64,000 nt of DNA from Nitrososphaerota archaeon (GTDB lineage Archaea > Thermoproteota > EX4484-205 > JAAOZP01). A program made the translations under genes and the position numbers. Below the pieces are notes generated by a model. That model did no database searches, had not been told where the DNA came from, and saw only the letters and a program-made list of their open reading frames with translations. Location: positions 1-64,000 of the forward strand of contig JAAOZP010000012.1 of the NCBI GenBank assembly GCA_011605725.1, given 5' to 3'. Positions 50,151 through 61,159 of the stretch are shown here, piece after piece. Position 1 is the stretch's first letter. Every line of letters starts with the position of its first letter.

Positions 50151-50798
50151 TTAACAGTATTTGTGCACCATCGTTAGAAAAGGGTTTGTTTTCTTCTCCC
50201 TCGCGACCGTTGAAGATGGACCATGACCAGGATATATCTTAGTCTCATCGGGGAGAACCATGAGTCTTCCACGGATGGAGTCCATGAGTTTCTCGAATGA
50301 GCCGCCAGGTAGGTCGGTCCTTCCAACTGAGCCTGCGAAAAGAGTATCCCCCGTGAAGACGGCAAGCTGGCCAAGTAGTGATATGCTTCCCATAGTGTGG
50401 CCTGGTGTATGAATGACCTTGAGACTAGTCTTCCCGAAAACTATCATGCTTCCATCGGTTAAAGTCGCATCCGGCGTAATGGGTTTAACTTGAACGCCGA
50501 ATACCGTCTCAACCACCCGTGTGTCCATCAGCATAGAAGCATCATCCTTATGAATTAAAACTAACGCGCCCACTTCCGTCTTTAACCATTCGTTTCCGGA
50601 AGTATGATCCGGATGCCAGTGCGTATTGACAATATACTTGATTTTTGCACTATGTTTCTCCGCTTCATTTATAACGGCTTCAGCCTCCTTCTCGTCGGCA
50701 AACCCAGGGTCTATTACAATCGCTTCCCTCATTTCTGGGCAAATTAGAAGATAACAGTTTGTCTGCAACCTTCCGACTACAATCCTCCTGATAATCAT
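50151..50798 (-). CDS. MBL-fold metallohydrolase (glyoxalase II-like)
   Basis: THWHPDH, TPGHT, FTGDTLF, YPGHG. Confidence 0.92.
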   Translation of the reverse strand: MIIRRIVVGRLQTNCYLLICPEMREAIVIDPGFADEKEAEAVINEAEKHSAKIKYIVNTHWHPDHTSGNEWLKTEVGALVLIHKDDASMLMDTRVVETVFGVQVKPITPDATLTDGSMIVFGKTSLKVIHTPGHTMGSISLLGQLAVFTGDTLFAGSVGRTDLPGGSFEKLMDSIRGRLMVLPDETKIYPGHGPSSTVAREKKTNPFLTMVHKYC

Positions 50799-50911
50799 CT
50801 CGAAATATAGAGAACACTTTGTTTAAAAACATTGTGAATAAGATTCGAAGGAGAAGGGGAGCCTAAAAGAGTATTTTAAGCAGGATCTTGTAAGCGAGCA
50901 ATTCCAGACTC

Positions 50912-51874
50912 TTAACAAAAGTTTTTAACTTCTTTTTTCCCGCCTGTCTTCATGAAACGCTTTATTTCTGAGAAATCCTCCGGAACGCTCATCGGACCCA
51001 TTCTAGTCACTTTAAGAGCACCAGCAGCATTAGCAAATTCAAGAAGCTCTCTCAACCTCCAATTCTTCAAGTAGCCGTATACAGCTGCTGCGTCGAAAAC
51101 GTCTCCAGCACCCGTTGGGTCAACCTCCGGGACAATAAAAGCAGGCTCGAAAACAGTCTCCTGCCTACTTAAACCTATTGAGCCTTTTTCACCAATTTTC
51201 ACTATTAAAAGTTTAACCCCATGCTTGAATATTTCTTCAGAAGCTTCCTCTAGACTTCTCTTTCCAGTTAGGTCGAACAGTTCAGCCTTAGAAGGCATCA
51301 CTATCTCTGCAACCTTCAAAACTTTTTCAGATATTTTACTAATCATGCGAGGCTCTATCAGCTCAGCTCTAAGGTTAGGGTCGTAAGTAACCATCATGCC
51401 AGCCCTACTAGCTATTTCAACAGCACGGTAGCAGGATTCCCTTACCTCCTCCCCAATGGAGAGTGTGGACCCCATGATGTGCAGAACCCTAAACATTTTA
51501 ACAAAATCCTCATCCACATCCTCCGGCTTTATTCTAGCGGCCGCGGAACGCTTCAGATTGAACACAAATCTTCTACTGCCGTCGGAAAAGTATGTTACGA
51601 AGGCTATTCCAGTAGTGTATTCTTCATCGGTATACACGTGTGTAATGTCGACATTATCGGCGGCCAGCCTTTTCTTTAAAAGGCTTCCGAAATCATCGTC
51701 ACCAACAGCACCAATTATGGCTGATTTCAAGCCGAGCCTAGAAGCAGCATCCACGAAGATCGCTGGCGCACCACTTGGAAATGGCCCGGCATACTCTCCA
51801 GTTTCGTAATGGGGAGTATCCCTCCCCTTCCTTATGAACTCAACAAGCATCTCGCCGATTGTTAGGACATCCAT
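50912..51874 (-). CDS. PfkB family sugar kinase
   Basis: GEMLVEF, SGAPAI, GDDDFG, DPNLR, DPTGAGDVF; start reassigned to MDVL. Confidence 0.92.
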   Translation of the reverse strand: MDVLTIGEMLVEFIRKGRDTPHYETGEYAGPFPSGAPAIFVDAASRLGLKSAIIGAVGDDDFGSLLKKRLAADNVDITHVYTDEEYTTGIAFVTYFSDGSRRFVFNLKRSAAARIKPEDVDEDFVKMFRVLHIMGSTLSIGEEVRESCYRAVEIASRAGMMVTYDPNLRAELIEPRMISKISEKVLKVAEIVMPSKAELFDLTGKRSLEEASEEIFKHGVKLLIVKIGEKGSIGLSRQETVFEPAFIVPEVDPTGAGDVFDAAAVYGYLKNWRLRELLEFANAAGALKVTRMGPMSVPEDFSEIKRFMKTGGKKEVKNFC

Positions 51875-52004
51875 TTCAGAAATTTTGCTTAACGAGAACC
51901 TATAATATTTTTCTCGAGGGTACGAGTATGAGGAAAACCGGGTTTGACTCGAAAAACCAGTTGGCAAAGGCTTAAATGTCAGTATTCAGGTAGCAGTTTC
52001 AAAA

Positions 52005-53222
52005 ATGTCCAGCCCAATTAATGGTGAGAAGAGTACGGTTGAGAAGCGAATTTCATGGTGGCTTGAAGCAAGATTCGGCATGTTCATCCATTGGGGGCTC
52101 TACGCGATTCCAGCACGTGGAGAATGGGTCATGTATTGCGAGCGAATACCTAAGGACGAGTATGCCCTTCTAGCTCAAAAGTTCAACCCTAAAAAGTTTG
52201 ACGCGGACAAATGGGTTGCGCTCGCTAAACAGGCGGGGGCCAAATACATGGTTTTAACCACGAGGCACCACGACGGCTTCTGCCTATGGGACAGCAGTGT
52301 CTCCGACTTCACATCTGTCAAGACAGCCGCTAAAAGGGATTTTGTCGCAGAGTATGTGGAGGCATGTCGGAAAGCAGGTATGCGCATCGGCTTCTACTAC
52401 TCATTGCTAGACTGGCGTTGGCCAGCTTATTGGGATGGGCCTGAGAAGAACCCGGAGGGTTGGAAAGAGTTCCGGAACTATGTTCACGCCCAAGTCAGAG
52501 AGCTCATGACCAACTATGGGAAAATAGATATACTGTGGTACGACGGCGCTTGGCCTCATAGCCCAGAAGCATGGGGGTCTGAACAGCTTAATGCGATGGT
52601 TCGCAGCCTCCAACCGGAAATCATAATAAACAACAGGTCTGGATTACCGGAGGATTTCGACACTCCTGAACAACGCATAGAAAGATCCCTTAGGCCTTGG
52701 GAAGCATGCATGACTATAGATGATCTCTGGTGGGGCTATCATCCTGGCGACCCAAATCTGAAATCTCCAATGCAGCTTGTGAGAAGTCTGGTTAAATGCG
52801 TCTCGGGAAACGGGAATTTTCTGCTGAACGTTGGACCTAAAGCAGACGGCACCATTCCACCAGAGCAAGCAGCCAGAATGAGAGCTATTGGAAGATGGTT
52901 GCGGCGAAACGGCGAGTCAATATATGGCGCTGGGGCCGCTCCATTCCAACAGCCTCATTTGGGTCAAGTCACTATGAAAGGCAGTAAAGTGTATGTGCAC
53001 GTTATGTTCTGGCCTGGAAGAGAAATGTGCGTAGCCGGGATTAAAAACAGGGTTTTAAAAACATACATGTTGGCAAGTGGGAAAAAACTCCTTTTCGAGC
53101 AAAAGGAAGACCGTCTTTTCATACGTGGACTACCCTTACGCGCACCAGACCCTATAGACACCGTTGTCGTCTTAGAAATAGAAGGAGAGCCTGAGGTCGC
53201 CCCGCCATCATTCTGGAAGTGA
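52005..53222 (+). CDS. Alpha-L-fucosidase (GH29)
   Basis: RFGMFIHWGLY, TTRHHDGF, YYSLLDW, LWYDG, NNR, LLNVGP. Confidence 0.93.
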   Translation: MSSPINGEKSTVEKRISWWLEARFGMFIHWGLYAIPARGEWVMYCERIPKDEYALLAQKFNPKKFDADKWVALAKQAGAKYMVLTTRHHDGFCLWDSSVSDFTSVKTAAKRDFVAEYVEACRKAGMRIGFYYSLLDWRWPAYWDGPEKNPEGWKEFRNYVHAQVRELMTNYGKIDILWYDGAWPHSPEAWGSEQLNAMVRSLQPEIIINNRSGLPEDFDTPEQRIERSLRPWEACMTIDDLWWGYHPGDPNLKSPMQLVRSLVKCVSGNGNFLLNVGPKADGTIPPEQAARMRAIGRWLRRNGESIYGAGAAPFQQPHLGQVTMKGSKVYVHVMFWPGREMCVAGIKNRVLKTYMLASGKKLLFEQKEDRLFIRGLPLRAPDPIDTVVVLEIEGEPEVAPPSFWK

Positions 53223-53239
53223 AGAGAAACACTTATGAT

Positions 53240-53992
53240 TCAGAAAACTATTCCAAGCCTTTTCCTCTCACCAACGACGTGTTCAGCCACATCCATCACT
53301 GGGGCAACCCATATCTCGTCACGACGTTCATACAGGAATCTTAAAAACCCCGATAGGTCTTCATAAGCAACGGGTAGATGACCCTCATCAATACCGTGAA
53401 AAGTGAATATTGCCCACCTGCCCTCGTGAACAGTCTTAACGGTTAAGCCTATCATTTCTTCGCATCTCATCCGGTCAGCCGGCCATGACCATAGCTCATG
53501 CAGGTCGCAGGCAAGCGGTGAATTAGAATAACCCCTCTCTCCGTAAGCCCTAGCTGCTAGGAAGATTTCAGCTACAATCGGCACGTAGCTCCTCTTGTTC
53601 AAGCCCCTGCCGACGCTTGTTTGATAACAAGGGTAAGCGAAAGTTCGGCTACCGTTAGGTATTAGGCTTCTTATTCTTTCATGAGCCTTAACAATGTCTA
53701 GGCGAATATCCTCTAGAGTCATGTTCTCCAATCCTCTGCAGCCAGGATCACCTGGAAAATTGCATGAACAGGGATGCGTAACACTGTGGTTACCTATTTC
53801 ATGGCCACGGTCAGCAACATCCCTCCATGCTTTCAAAGCATTCTCATAACCGTCTCCAGGATTTATGTAGAATGTTGCCTTAAAACCGAATCGCTCGAGC
53901 AGGGGTACGCCCAAACGCAATTGCGAAGGCAAACCGTCGTCGAAAGTCAGTGAGACAGCTCCTTTAAACCTGCTCGGCCAATTAAACCTCAT
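53240..53992 (-). CDS. Polysaccharide deacetylase (CE4/NodB-like)
   Basis: LTFDDG, HEIGNHSVTH, FAYP, FHG. Confidence 0.88.
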   Translation of the reverse strand: MRFNWPSRFKGAVSLTFDDGLPSQLRLGVPLLERFGFKATFYINPGDGYENALKAWRDVADRGHEIGNHSVTHPCSCNFPGDPGCRGLENMTLEDIRLDIVKAHERIRSLIPNGSRTFAYPCYQTSVGRGLNKRSYVPIVAEIFLAARAYGERGYSNSPLACDLHELWSWPADRMRCEEMIGLTVKTVHEGRWAIFTFHGIDEGHLPVAYEDLSGFLRFLYERRDEIWVAPVMDVAEHVVGERKRLGIVF

Positions 53993-54295
53993 AACACGGC
54001 ATTTTCAAGCAATGCTTTAAAAACTTAACCAGGACCTTTTTCAAACGATTTTTACAACGCCTTGCTACTCGTTGAAAGGAAGATTCTGGAAACGTGCAAG
54101 TCTCCCCCTTAAATCTTTTTCCAAGCATAACTGAAACCATTACGAGGCGCAGGGGAGGCTGACATTTAAGCCCAGTAGAAAAATGTTTTTGAAGCGTTTT
54201 TAATAGTCTCAGGACACCGGCTTGTCAAGGGCATTTGGAAACACGCTTTTTCAACAAAATTTATAACAAGGTTTTTCCCACCTACTCTCAGAAGT

Positions 54296-57200
54296 ATGAA
54301 ATACTGGAGAAACAGTAGAACGATTTTTACTATTCTAGTATTAGCATTAACCCTCCTAACGCTGCCTCTCGAAACCAGTCTTACGAATTGGCATAATATA
54401 GATGGGAAAAAGGCGTTCTCCCAAAGAAGCATGGTAATCGGTGCCGTAGCCTCACCAGTGGTCTCAATGCGCGTAAAAGTTCTGAACGCTTTAACTGGTG
54501 AAGCAATTCCAAACGCTACTTTAATAATTCTGGATTTAAAGAATCCTAGAAGGCCGGAAATAGGTCAAAGCATTTTCTTCACCAACGCGGATGGAGAGTA
54601 TGATGTTCCAGAGGAAATTGTAAAACCTGGAAGAACCTACTGGGTTTACGCTTACAAGGGGGATCTTAAGGAGAAGAGGATGGATTTCGTACCGGTTAAA
54701 AAAGAGGTTCGAGTCGGGGAAACCGGCAGTATTGAAGTGACTCTTTCACTGGTTCCAGGCGCACTAGTAGAATTGGAGAGCGTTCCATATATTGTTCAAG
54801 CATCAAGCCTTCAAGAGGGCAACATGATAATAAGAGTCATAGTGAAACAGAAGGGTTTCAATTTCTCGCTAATCACTGACTACGGGGACGCGATAGACGT
54901 TTTCTACCTGGGGCTGGACAGGAAAATGATCCCGGTTCCGTCTGGAACACCTTTCGAGCTTGAGGTCAGCGTCTCGCTTGTATTGCGGGAACGTGAACGA
55001 GTATCGGAAATTTTCTACATTATGAACGGGACGCAACCCTTCATCATGCCGCAGAGAGGTTACGCAACTGTTAAAATTTCAGAGTACAGTCTAAGAAGGG
55101 GTTTGGAATATGTGAAATCAGCTCTAGTAGGAGTTTCTTCAAAGGTTGACGAGGCGCAGGAAATCGGCTTCACGGTTTTCGAGGAGAGGCGTGTACTGGG
55201 GCATGCAAACCAGAAACTAGTGGAGGCCAGCACTCTACTGTCAAACGCGAAAACAGATGAAGACTTCGAAAAAACCTGGTTTACACTCCGGGAAATACTT
55301 GGAGAAATAAATTTCGTAGCCACGATGATAGAAAGCAAGTATCTGGTTGGAAAGACTAATGCGGTTTACCTCTCCGCAGTAATCGTGATATTCAGCACTG
55401 TTCTCGCATTCTTCTTCTTTGAGAAAACCATGTTAAAAATTGTTTCATTAGCCGTCATCTACGTAGTGTTATTGGGAGCAATGTATTTTATAAACCCAGG
55501 TACTCACGTTGTAATCGATGAAAACCTTCCCCTCTTCTCTTGGACGGCAGCAGTATCCTTCATCATAACCTCCACAATTGTCTTCGGCATTCCACGCATC
55601 TGGAAGGAGAGAAATATTGAGGGAGAGGTTCAATGGAGAAGCGCCATTTCAGTAATATTCTCAATGAGTAAGCGTCAGATAAAACGCAAAAAAATACGTG
55701 GCTTCTTCACAATATTTTCAATATGCATGCTTATTTTAGCGTTCACCGCTCTAACCACCTTTGGAACAGCCTTCGGAATAATTTCTAGAAGGTTGGAGGG
55801 AACTCCGTCTTCAGACGGTTTCCTCATAAAGCGCATGGTTAACGGCTCGTCGCTGATCTTCTCCCCCTTGGGGGCAGGGGATGCTCAAGTCCTCATGAAG
55901 ATAGTGCCCGCGATTGATGTGGCTCCAAGGATGAAAAGCGTTCCGCGGTATGAGCCGGTTGCTAGACTCATAAACCCGGCCACTGGCAACAGTCATCCTA
56001 TTTACGGTGTGCTCGCCATATCGCCAGGAAACGAAGCCCTCTACACAATGCTCGACGAGATGGTTGAGGGTAGTTATTTAAGCGATGAGGCGTATGGTGA
56101 AGCAATCGTAGGATTTGGAACACTAAACAGACTAGGTTTAAAAGTAGGCAGCAATGTCACGCTAGAAATACCGGGTACTACGATAACGGAAACCATGGTA
56201 ATCAAGGGCTTTATCAGGGACGAAGAGTATGAGAGGCTAACGGATGTTGACGGCAGCCCTCTCGGCCCCGCACGTCTCCTTCAAGACGGTTCGGCGAGAA
56301 GATGCAACAGTTCAGAGATAATAGTGATTAACCTTGAGACTGCGAAGAGAATTCAGGAGAAGATCAACAGTCTTTATGGTGCGAACGCCCCTCAGCTCGT
56401 CGTTCCCTCCGAGATACTTTTCAGGCTGAGAGACTCGGAAGACGTGGGGGCAATTGTCAGAAGCATTATTTTCTTCTTTAACTACGATGTCTTTGTCTCA
56501 TCTAAAGGCGTAGCGAACTACTACTATATTGGTTCGTATATAGAGTTCGGCGGGGCTGCGGAGCTGCTGATTCCACTAGTGATGGTTGTATTAAGCATAG
56601 GCATGGTTATGGTCAACAGTGTCTACGAGCGTGAGAGAGAAATAAAGACTCTTTCAACACTCGGGTTAAACCCGACCCACATAGGATTAATGTTTGTTGC
56701 TGAAGCAATAATAATGGGAATGGTTGGAGGAAGCATAGGATACTTGACCGGGTTAGGCTTTTATAGAACCATGGTTTTCATAGGACAGAACCTTTTAGAA
56801 AACCTCATGGTCAGAGAGAAACTGGAGTGGTGGTGGAGCGCACTGGGATTTGTTTTCGCAATAGCCGTCTCAGTATTCTCGGCTGCAAGACCTGCAGCCC
56901 TAGCTATCCGCACTTACACACCGTCGATGGTGAAGAAGGTCAGGAGAACGGAGGAACAACGGAAGGAGCGGAAGGAGAAAATATTCAGGGTTTTCCAGGC
57001 GAGAAGCGTCAGTATGCCTGTGAAAATACTGGTTAACGAGAAAGAGTTCTTCACAGGCTTCCTGATTGACCACTTAAACCAGTTGAGGACGGGTTATAAG
57101 GAGAGAATCGAAAACGTTGAGGATGTTCCGGAAGAAGCGGATTCTAAAGGCATGCTTACGAAAACCGTAAGATTCAACTATTATGTGGGACCGGTTGGGA

Positions 57201-57391
57201 CCAAGAACGGGACGAAGAATAGCCTGGTTTTAACCAAGACCCCAGCTGAGGAATACTACAGGGTTACACTTGTTACAGAGCCAACATCGCCAGGGATTCC
57301 GGAGAGCACAATAGATAGAACGGTTGAATACGTCCATTGGATTCTAATGCTATGGGTTAAGGAAAAGAAGAGAATAATGGGTTCGGCTTAA
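54296..57391 (+). CDS. Large FtsX/MacB-like ABC permease with extracellular domains
   Basis: Signal peptide, VKVLNALTGEAIPNAT beta-sandwich, SVYEREREIKTLSTLGLNP FtsX motif. Confidence 0.75.
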   Translation: MKYWRNSRTIFTILVLALTLLTLPLETSLTNWHNIDGKKAFSQRSMVIGAVASPVVSMRVKVLNALTGEAIPNATLIILDLKNPRRPEIGQSIFFTNADGEYDVPEEIVKPGRTYWVYAYKGDLKEKRMDFVPVKKEVRVGETGSIEVTLSLVPGALVELESVPYIVQASSLQEGNMIIRVIVKQKGFNFSLITDYGDAIDVFYLGLDRKMIPVPSGTPFELEVSVSLVLRERERVSEIFYIMNGTQPFIMPQRGYATVKISEYSLRRGLEYVKSALVGVSSKVDEAQEIGFTVFEERRVLGHANQKLVEASTLLSNAKTDEDFEKTWFTLREILGEINFVATMIESKYLVGKTNAVYLSAVIVIFSTVLAFFFFEKTMLKIVSLAVIYVVLLGAMYFINPGTHVVIDENLPLFSWTAAVSFIITSTIVFGIPRIWKERNIEGEVQWRSAISVIFSMSKRQIKRKKIRGFFTIFSICMLILAFTALTTFGTAFGIISRRLEGTPSSDGFLIKRMVNGSSLIFSPLGAGDAQVLMKIVPAIDVAPRMKSVPRYEPVARLINPATGNSHPIYGVLAISPGNEALYTMLDEMVEGSYLSDEAYGEAIVGFGTLNRLGLKVGSNVTLEIPGTTITETMVIKGFIRDEEYERLTDVDGSPLGPARLLQDGSARRCNSSEIIVINLETAKRIQEKINSLYGANAPQLVVPSEILFRLRDSEDVGAIVRSIIFFFNYDVFVSSKGVANYYYIGSYIEFGGAAELLIPLVMVVLSIGMVMVNSVYEREREIKTLSTLGLNPTHIGLMFVAEAIIMGMVGGSIGYLTGLGFYRTMVFIGQNLLENLMVREKLEWWWSALGFVFAIAVSVFSAARPAALAIRTYTPSMVKKVRRTEEQRKERKEKIFRVFQARSVSMPVKILVNEKEFFTGFLIDHLNQLRTGYKERIENVEDVPEEADSKGMLTKTVRFNYYVGPVGTKNGTKNSLVLTKTPAEEYYRVTLVTEPTSPGIPESTIDRTVEYVHWILMLWVKEKKRIMGSA

Positions 57392-57540
57392 CACAAACAG
57401 CATAAAGTCGATTTTTAAAACCGCTATGTCAAAATCCTCGAAAGGTAGCTGAAGGCTTCATGAATCATCATAGTCGTTAACCATAAGCTTCAAAACGTGG
57501 GTAAAGAAAGTATAAATTTAAGCTTAGCACGGAAAAGCTT

Positions 57541-59064
57541 GTGAGCAAAGCTCCATACATCGTTGGAGTTGACCTTGGCACCTCATCCTGTAAGACTGTC
57601 GTTTTCACTCTGGACGGCAGGAGGGTTGCTTCCGCTTCCAGAGAATACCCGATTATTCAGCCTGAGCCAAGGTGGGCGGAGCAGAACCCTCTAGAATGGT
57701 GGAGAGCAGCTGTCGAAACCATATTGGAAAGCCTTAAGAAAGGAGGTATAAAAAGTGAAGAGATAGTTGGCCTGGCTGTTGACTCTCAGAGAGAAGTTGT
57801 AGTGCCGATTGGGGACGATGAGGAAGTACTGTACAATGGCATAATATGGCTCGACGGAAGGACTGGTCCCCAGACGGAAAGGATGAGGAGAATTCTTGAC
57901 CAACAGGAAGTTCTTCGTGTAACAGGCGTGGGGATAAACCCTGTTTTCTCAGCATCCAAGATTCTATGGCTTAAGGAAAACCATCCCAGCGTCTTTTCTA
58001 AGACTAAAGTCTTCCTCTCAGCGAAGGATTTCATAATCTACAAGCTAACCGGGGAGAAAGTCATTGATTACTCCATGGCCTCCAGAACAATGCTTTTCGA
58101 CATTAGGAGGAAAAAATGGTCAGACGAAATATGCTCAGTCCTCGGCATACCTTTAGATAAGCTCCCCATCCCTTTGGAATCCAGCATTGTCGTTGGAGAA
58201 GTATCTTCTAAGGCTTCAGATGAAACATCTCTCCCGCGAGGCCTACCGGTTGTGAATGGTGGAGGAGACAGACCTTGTGAATGTCTTGGTGCAGGAACTA
58301 TTCGAGAAAGGGATGTAAACGTAGGTACTGGGACTGGGTCTGCCTTCGAAGCACCCTTAAGCGAGCCACGTCCTGATTTGAAGGGGAGGATTAACTGTTG
58401 CTGTCACGTGATGCCTGATATGTGGGAGTATGAGGCGGCAATCTCAACGACAGGTGGCGCTCTACGCTGGTTTAAGGATGTTTTCGGAGAGAAGGAGAGG
58501 GCTGAGGCTGAGAGAACCGGTAGGGACCCGTATGATCTGCTGCTTAAAACTGCTTCTGAAACAAGCCCCGGTGCAGACGGCTTAATGTTCTACCCCTATT
58601 TAGCAGGTGCTTTCCCGCCGAGGGTTGACGGTAGAGCTCGCGGCGTATTCTTCGGCATCAGCCTCTTCCACTCAAAAGGGCATTTCGTTAGAGCCATGTT
58701 AGAGGGAGTTGCCTACCATTACATCTTTATGCTCAAGCTTCTAGAGGAGCTCGGCCTTCATATAGTTGAGATAAGCATGGTCGGTGGAGAGACGAGGAGC
58801 GATTTCTGGAACCAGCTTAAGGCAGACGTAACCGGTAGGAGAATAAGGATTCCTGAGGTTGAGGATGCGGCTGCTATGGGAGCAGCCCTGCTTGCAGGAA
58901 TCGGCACAGGTCAGTATGGGAGTGTGAAAAAGGCTGTTGAATCAGCAGTGAAAACAAGAAAAATATACGTACCTAATGCTGAGAATCATTACACCTATTT
59001 AAAGCTGTACAAGAAGTACGAAGCGATATACGCTTACATCTCAAAAGGGTTTGAATTCTACTGA
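57541..59064 (+). CDS. FGGY carbohydrate kinase (xylulokinase-like)
   Basis: VGVDLGTSSCK, DSQRE, IIWLDGR, ASRTML, GGGDRPC, RAMLEGVA. Confidence 0.92.
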   Translation: MSKAPYIVGVDLGTSSCKTVVFTLDGRRVASASREYPIIQPEPRWAEQNPLEWWRAAVETILESLKKGGIKSEEIVGLAVDSQREVVVPIGDDEEVLYNGIIWLDGRTGPQTERMRRILDQQEVLRVTGVGINPVFSASKILWLKENHPSVFSKTKVFLSAKDFIIYKLTGEKVIDYSMASRTMLFDIRRKKWSDEICSVLGIPLDKLPIPLESSIVVGEVSSKASDETSLPRGLPVVNGGGDRPCECLGAGTIRERDVNVGTGTGSAFEAPLSEPRPDLKGRINCCCHVMPDMWEYEAAISTTGGALRWFKDVFGEKERAEAERTGRDPYDLLLKTASETSPGADGLMFYPYLAGAFPPRVDGRARGVFFGISLFHSKGHFVRAMLEGVAYHYIFMLKLLEELGLHIVEISMVGGETRSDFWNQLKADVTGRRIRIPEVEDAAAMGAALLAGIGTGQYGSVKKAVESAVKTRKIYVPNAENHYTYLKLYKKYEAIYAYISKGFEFY

Positions 59065-59087
59065 TAACGAGCTTCTATAAAGATACT

Positions 59088-60275
59088 CTATGATGATTGA
59101 AAATAGTTTGCGAGATCAACCCAAGCTCCTGAAGAATCTAGACAGACATCGGCAAAAACAAGGATTCCTGAAGCTCCTCCCCTCATCGCCCCCTTTACTG
59201 ACTCGACCCACTCCCAGCCAGGCATGTTTCCAGTTCTTGATAACGATCCGCCGACGCAAGGCACGACCAGAATTTCACCATTATTCTTCTCAACCTGCTC
59301 AACTATCATCCTAGTAGTGTCCTCAACCCATTTAACAGGCATTTCGTGATCCCTATGATAAAGCATGGGGCAAACAACGTCGACAAGACCCTGTCTCACC
59401 CACTCGCCCCAGTCGACACCCATGGTCTGCCTGTTCCAATTCAAATCGTAAGAAACGTCAGCTGATAGAGTTATCTCCGGGTTAATCTGTTTGACAGCAT
59501 CCCTGATTTCCCTCAAGAAACCCGTTACGATCTGCACCCTCCAACTTATCCACTCGCTCCTCAAGCTTCCCCCGGCCAGCACGTCTTCAGGCCAGTTCTG
59601 TACCTTTCTGCCGATAAATGATTCAAAAGACTTTTTCGCGCTCTCGCTGAAGTCAGCCTCAATGCCCGGTGGGAAACCGAAATCATCCTCTATGTTTATA
59701 CCGTCAACACCATACTCCTGCACTAGTTCGATAATGTAGGACTTTATATAGTTCCTAGCGCCCTCGCTAGCCGGAGACAAGTAGTACCAGCCGTATGGGT
59801 TAAACGGGCCGTGTGAAAGCTGGTCCTCACCCTTCTCGTTAACTATTCCCCAGTCAGGATGTTGAAGAAGCACCGACCTGCTTGTTCTGAAGCCCAGAAC
59901 CCACGCCCAGACCCTCAGGCCGTTCCTATGGCTTTCTTCAACAACTATTTTCAAAGGATCTTCATCGCTTTCAAAATTATTAAGGTAATCCATGTCAACC
60001 GGAACGATTTTACTCCTGTAGTCAGCCAACCCTCCAGCATGGATTACAAAGGGAAGCACAATATTGAACCCGCTATTCTTGATTTTGCTTATGTAGAATG
60101 TGAGGTTTCTCGCAACAGACCTGTTGGGAAACTCGTACATGTATAGGAATACTCCTCTCACCTCCGGTTTAGGAGGCTCTTCAACCCTCATCATCCTGTT
60201 TAAGAAGAAATATGAAGCAGTCATCAGAAGCACTGTCAGAATTGGAAAAACAAGCATTATGCTTCTCTTAAACAT
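59088..60275 (-). CDS. GHL10 (DUF187/YddW-like) glycoside hydrolase with N-terminal anchor
   Basis: EVRGVF, DPLKIVVEESHRNGLRVWAW, YGVDGINIEDD, WISWR, WVRQGLVDVVCPMLY. Confidence 0.8.
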   Translation of the reverse strand: MFKRSIMLVFPILTVLLMTASYFFLNRMMRVEEPPKPEVRGVFLYMYEFPNRSVARNLTFYISKIKNSGFNIVLPFVIHAGGLADYRSKIVPVDMDYLNNFESDEDPLKIVVEESHRNGLRVWAWVLGFRTSRSVLLQHPDWGIVNEKGEDQLSHGPFNPYGWYYLSPASEGARNYIKSYIIELVQEYGVDGINIEDDFGFPPGIEADFSESAKKSFESFIGRKVQNWPEDVLAGGSLRSEWISWRVQIVTGFLREIRDAVKQINPEITLSADVSYDLNWNRQTMGVDWGEWVRQGLVDVVCPMLYHRDHEMPVKWVEDTTRMIVEQVEKNNGEILVVPCVGGSLSRTGNMPGWEWVESVKGAMRGGASGILVFADVCLDSSGAWVDLANYFQSS

Positions 60276-60436
60276 GCAATCTTAAGGGAGGAGACGTTTA
60301 AAAGCTTAATCGATAAATCAACGTGGAAAAGAAAAACCCATATAGCCTGATGATAACGACTGCGGCCAACCCTGTGAAACGCATGCCGATTCTCTAGAAG
60401 AATGAATCTAAATCCTTAGTGTAAGCTTCCGTTGAA

Positions 60437-61105
60437 CTAGCCGGTGGACTGCTCCTCGTAATATTGTTTCACAAGCTCCATAAAGTGCTTCCAATCCCAG
60501 TTCACTCCAGGGTCATAGTGATGACTCTTGCCGCCGCCGACGCTGGGGTCAGAAGGATCTGGAACCTGGTTGTGACCTATTACCCCACTTCCCTGAGTAG
60601 GGTCTGCGGGGGCAAGGCCCTCAGGGTGTTGAAGCGAAACATTATACTTCTTAAGCAAGTAGGCCACCAGCTTAGCGGAAGCCTTATACTCCTCCTCCGT
60701 AAAAATCTTCCGGTCAGCGTAGCCAGCGTGCTCGATACCAATAGAATGCTCGTTGTAAGCCCAGTTGCCAGCGTGCCAAGCAATATCCTTCTCCTTAACC
60801 ATCTGGTAAACCATGCCATCGTAACCAACAATGTAATGCGAAGAAGCCTTAGCCCGAGGATCTTTAAACCAGTTTAATGCAGCCTGCGCATCACCCTCTA
60901 CAACATGAATAATGATCCACCTCACTTTCAACCCGTTAGCCTCCCTATTGCTCTCGGAAAAATTGGACTGGAGAGCTGGCTCCCAGGCGGCTTCAGGATA
61001 ATCTGTAGCCTCAGGTTTCGAGCCCAGCTTGAAAAGGAAAACAACCATGAGAAGTGGAAGAACTAGCGTAAGCAAGAGGAGGGGACGGTTCCTCATTTGA
61101 AGCAA
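60437..61105 (-). CDS. N-acetylmuramoyl-L-alanine amidase (amidase_2 family) with N-terminal anchor
   Basis: IIIHVVEG, ASSHYIV, AWHAGN, SIGIEHAG, IGHNQV, HYDPG. Confidence 0.9.
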   Translation of the reverse strand: MLQMRNRPLLLLTLVLPLLMVVFLFKLGSKPEATDYPEAAWEPALQSNFSESNREANGLKVRWIIIHVVEGDAQAALNWFKDPRAKASSHYIVGYDGMVYQMVKEKDIAWHAGNWAYNEHSIGIEHAGYADRKIFTEEEYKASAKLVAYLLKKYNVSLQHPEGLAPADPTQGSGVIGHNQVPDPSDPSVGGGKSHHYDPGVNWDWKHFMELVKQYYEEQSTG

Positions 61106-61159
61106 GATTCTTCACGCCGTATTTAAGAATTCCGTTTTAAAGCGCAATTTTAAATAGTA

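Noticed and set aside
60345-60400. TGATGA-containing intergenic stretches (also 62420-62445) as C/D sRNAs
   Set aside because: No properly placed CTGA D boxes.
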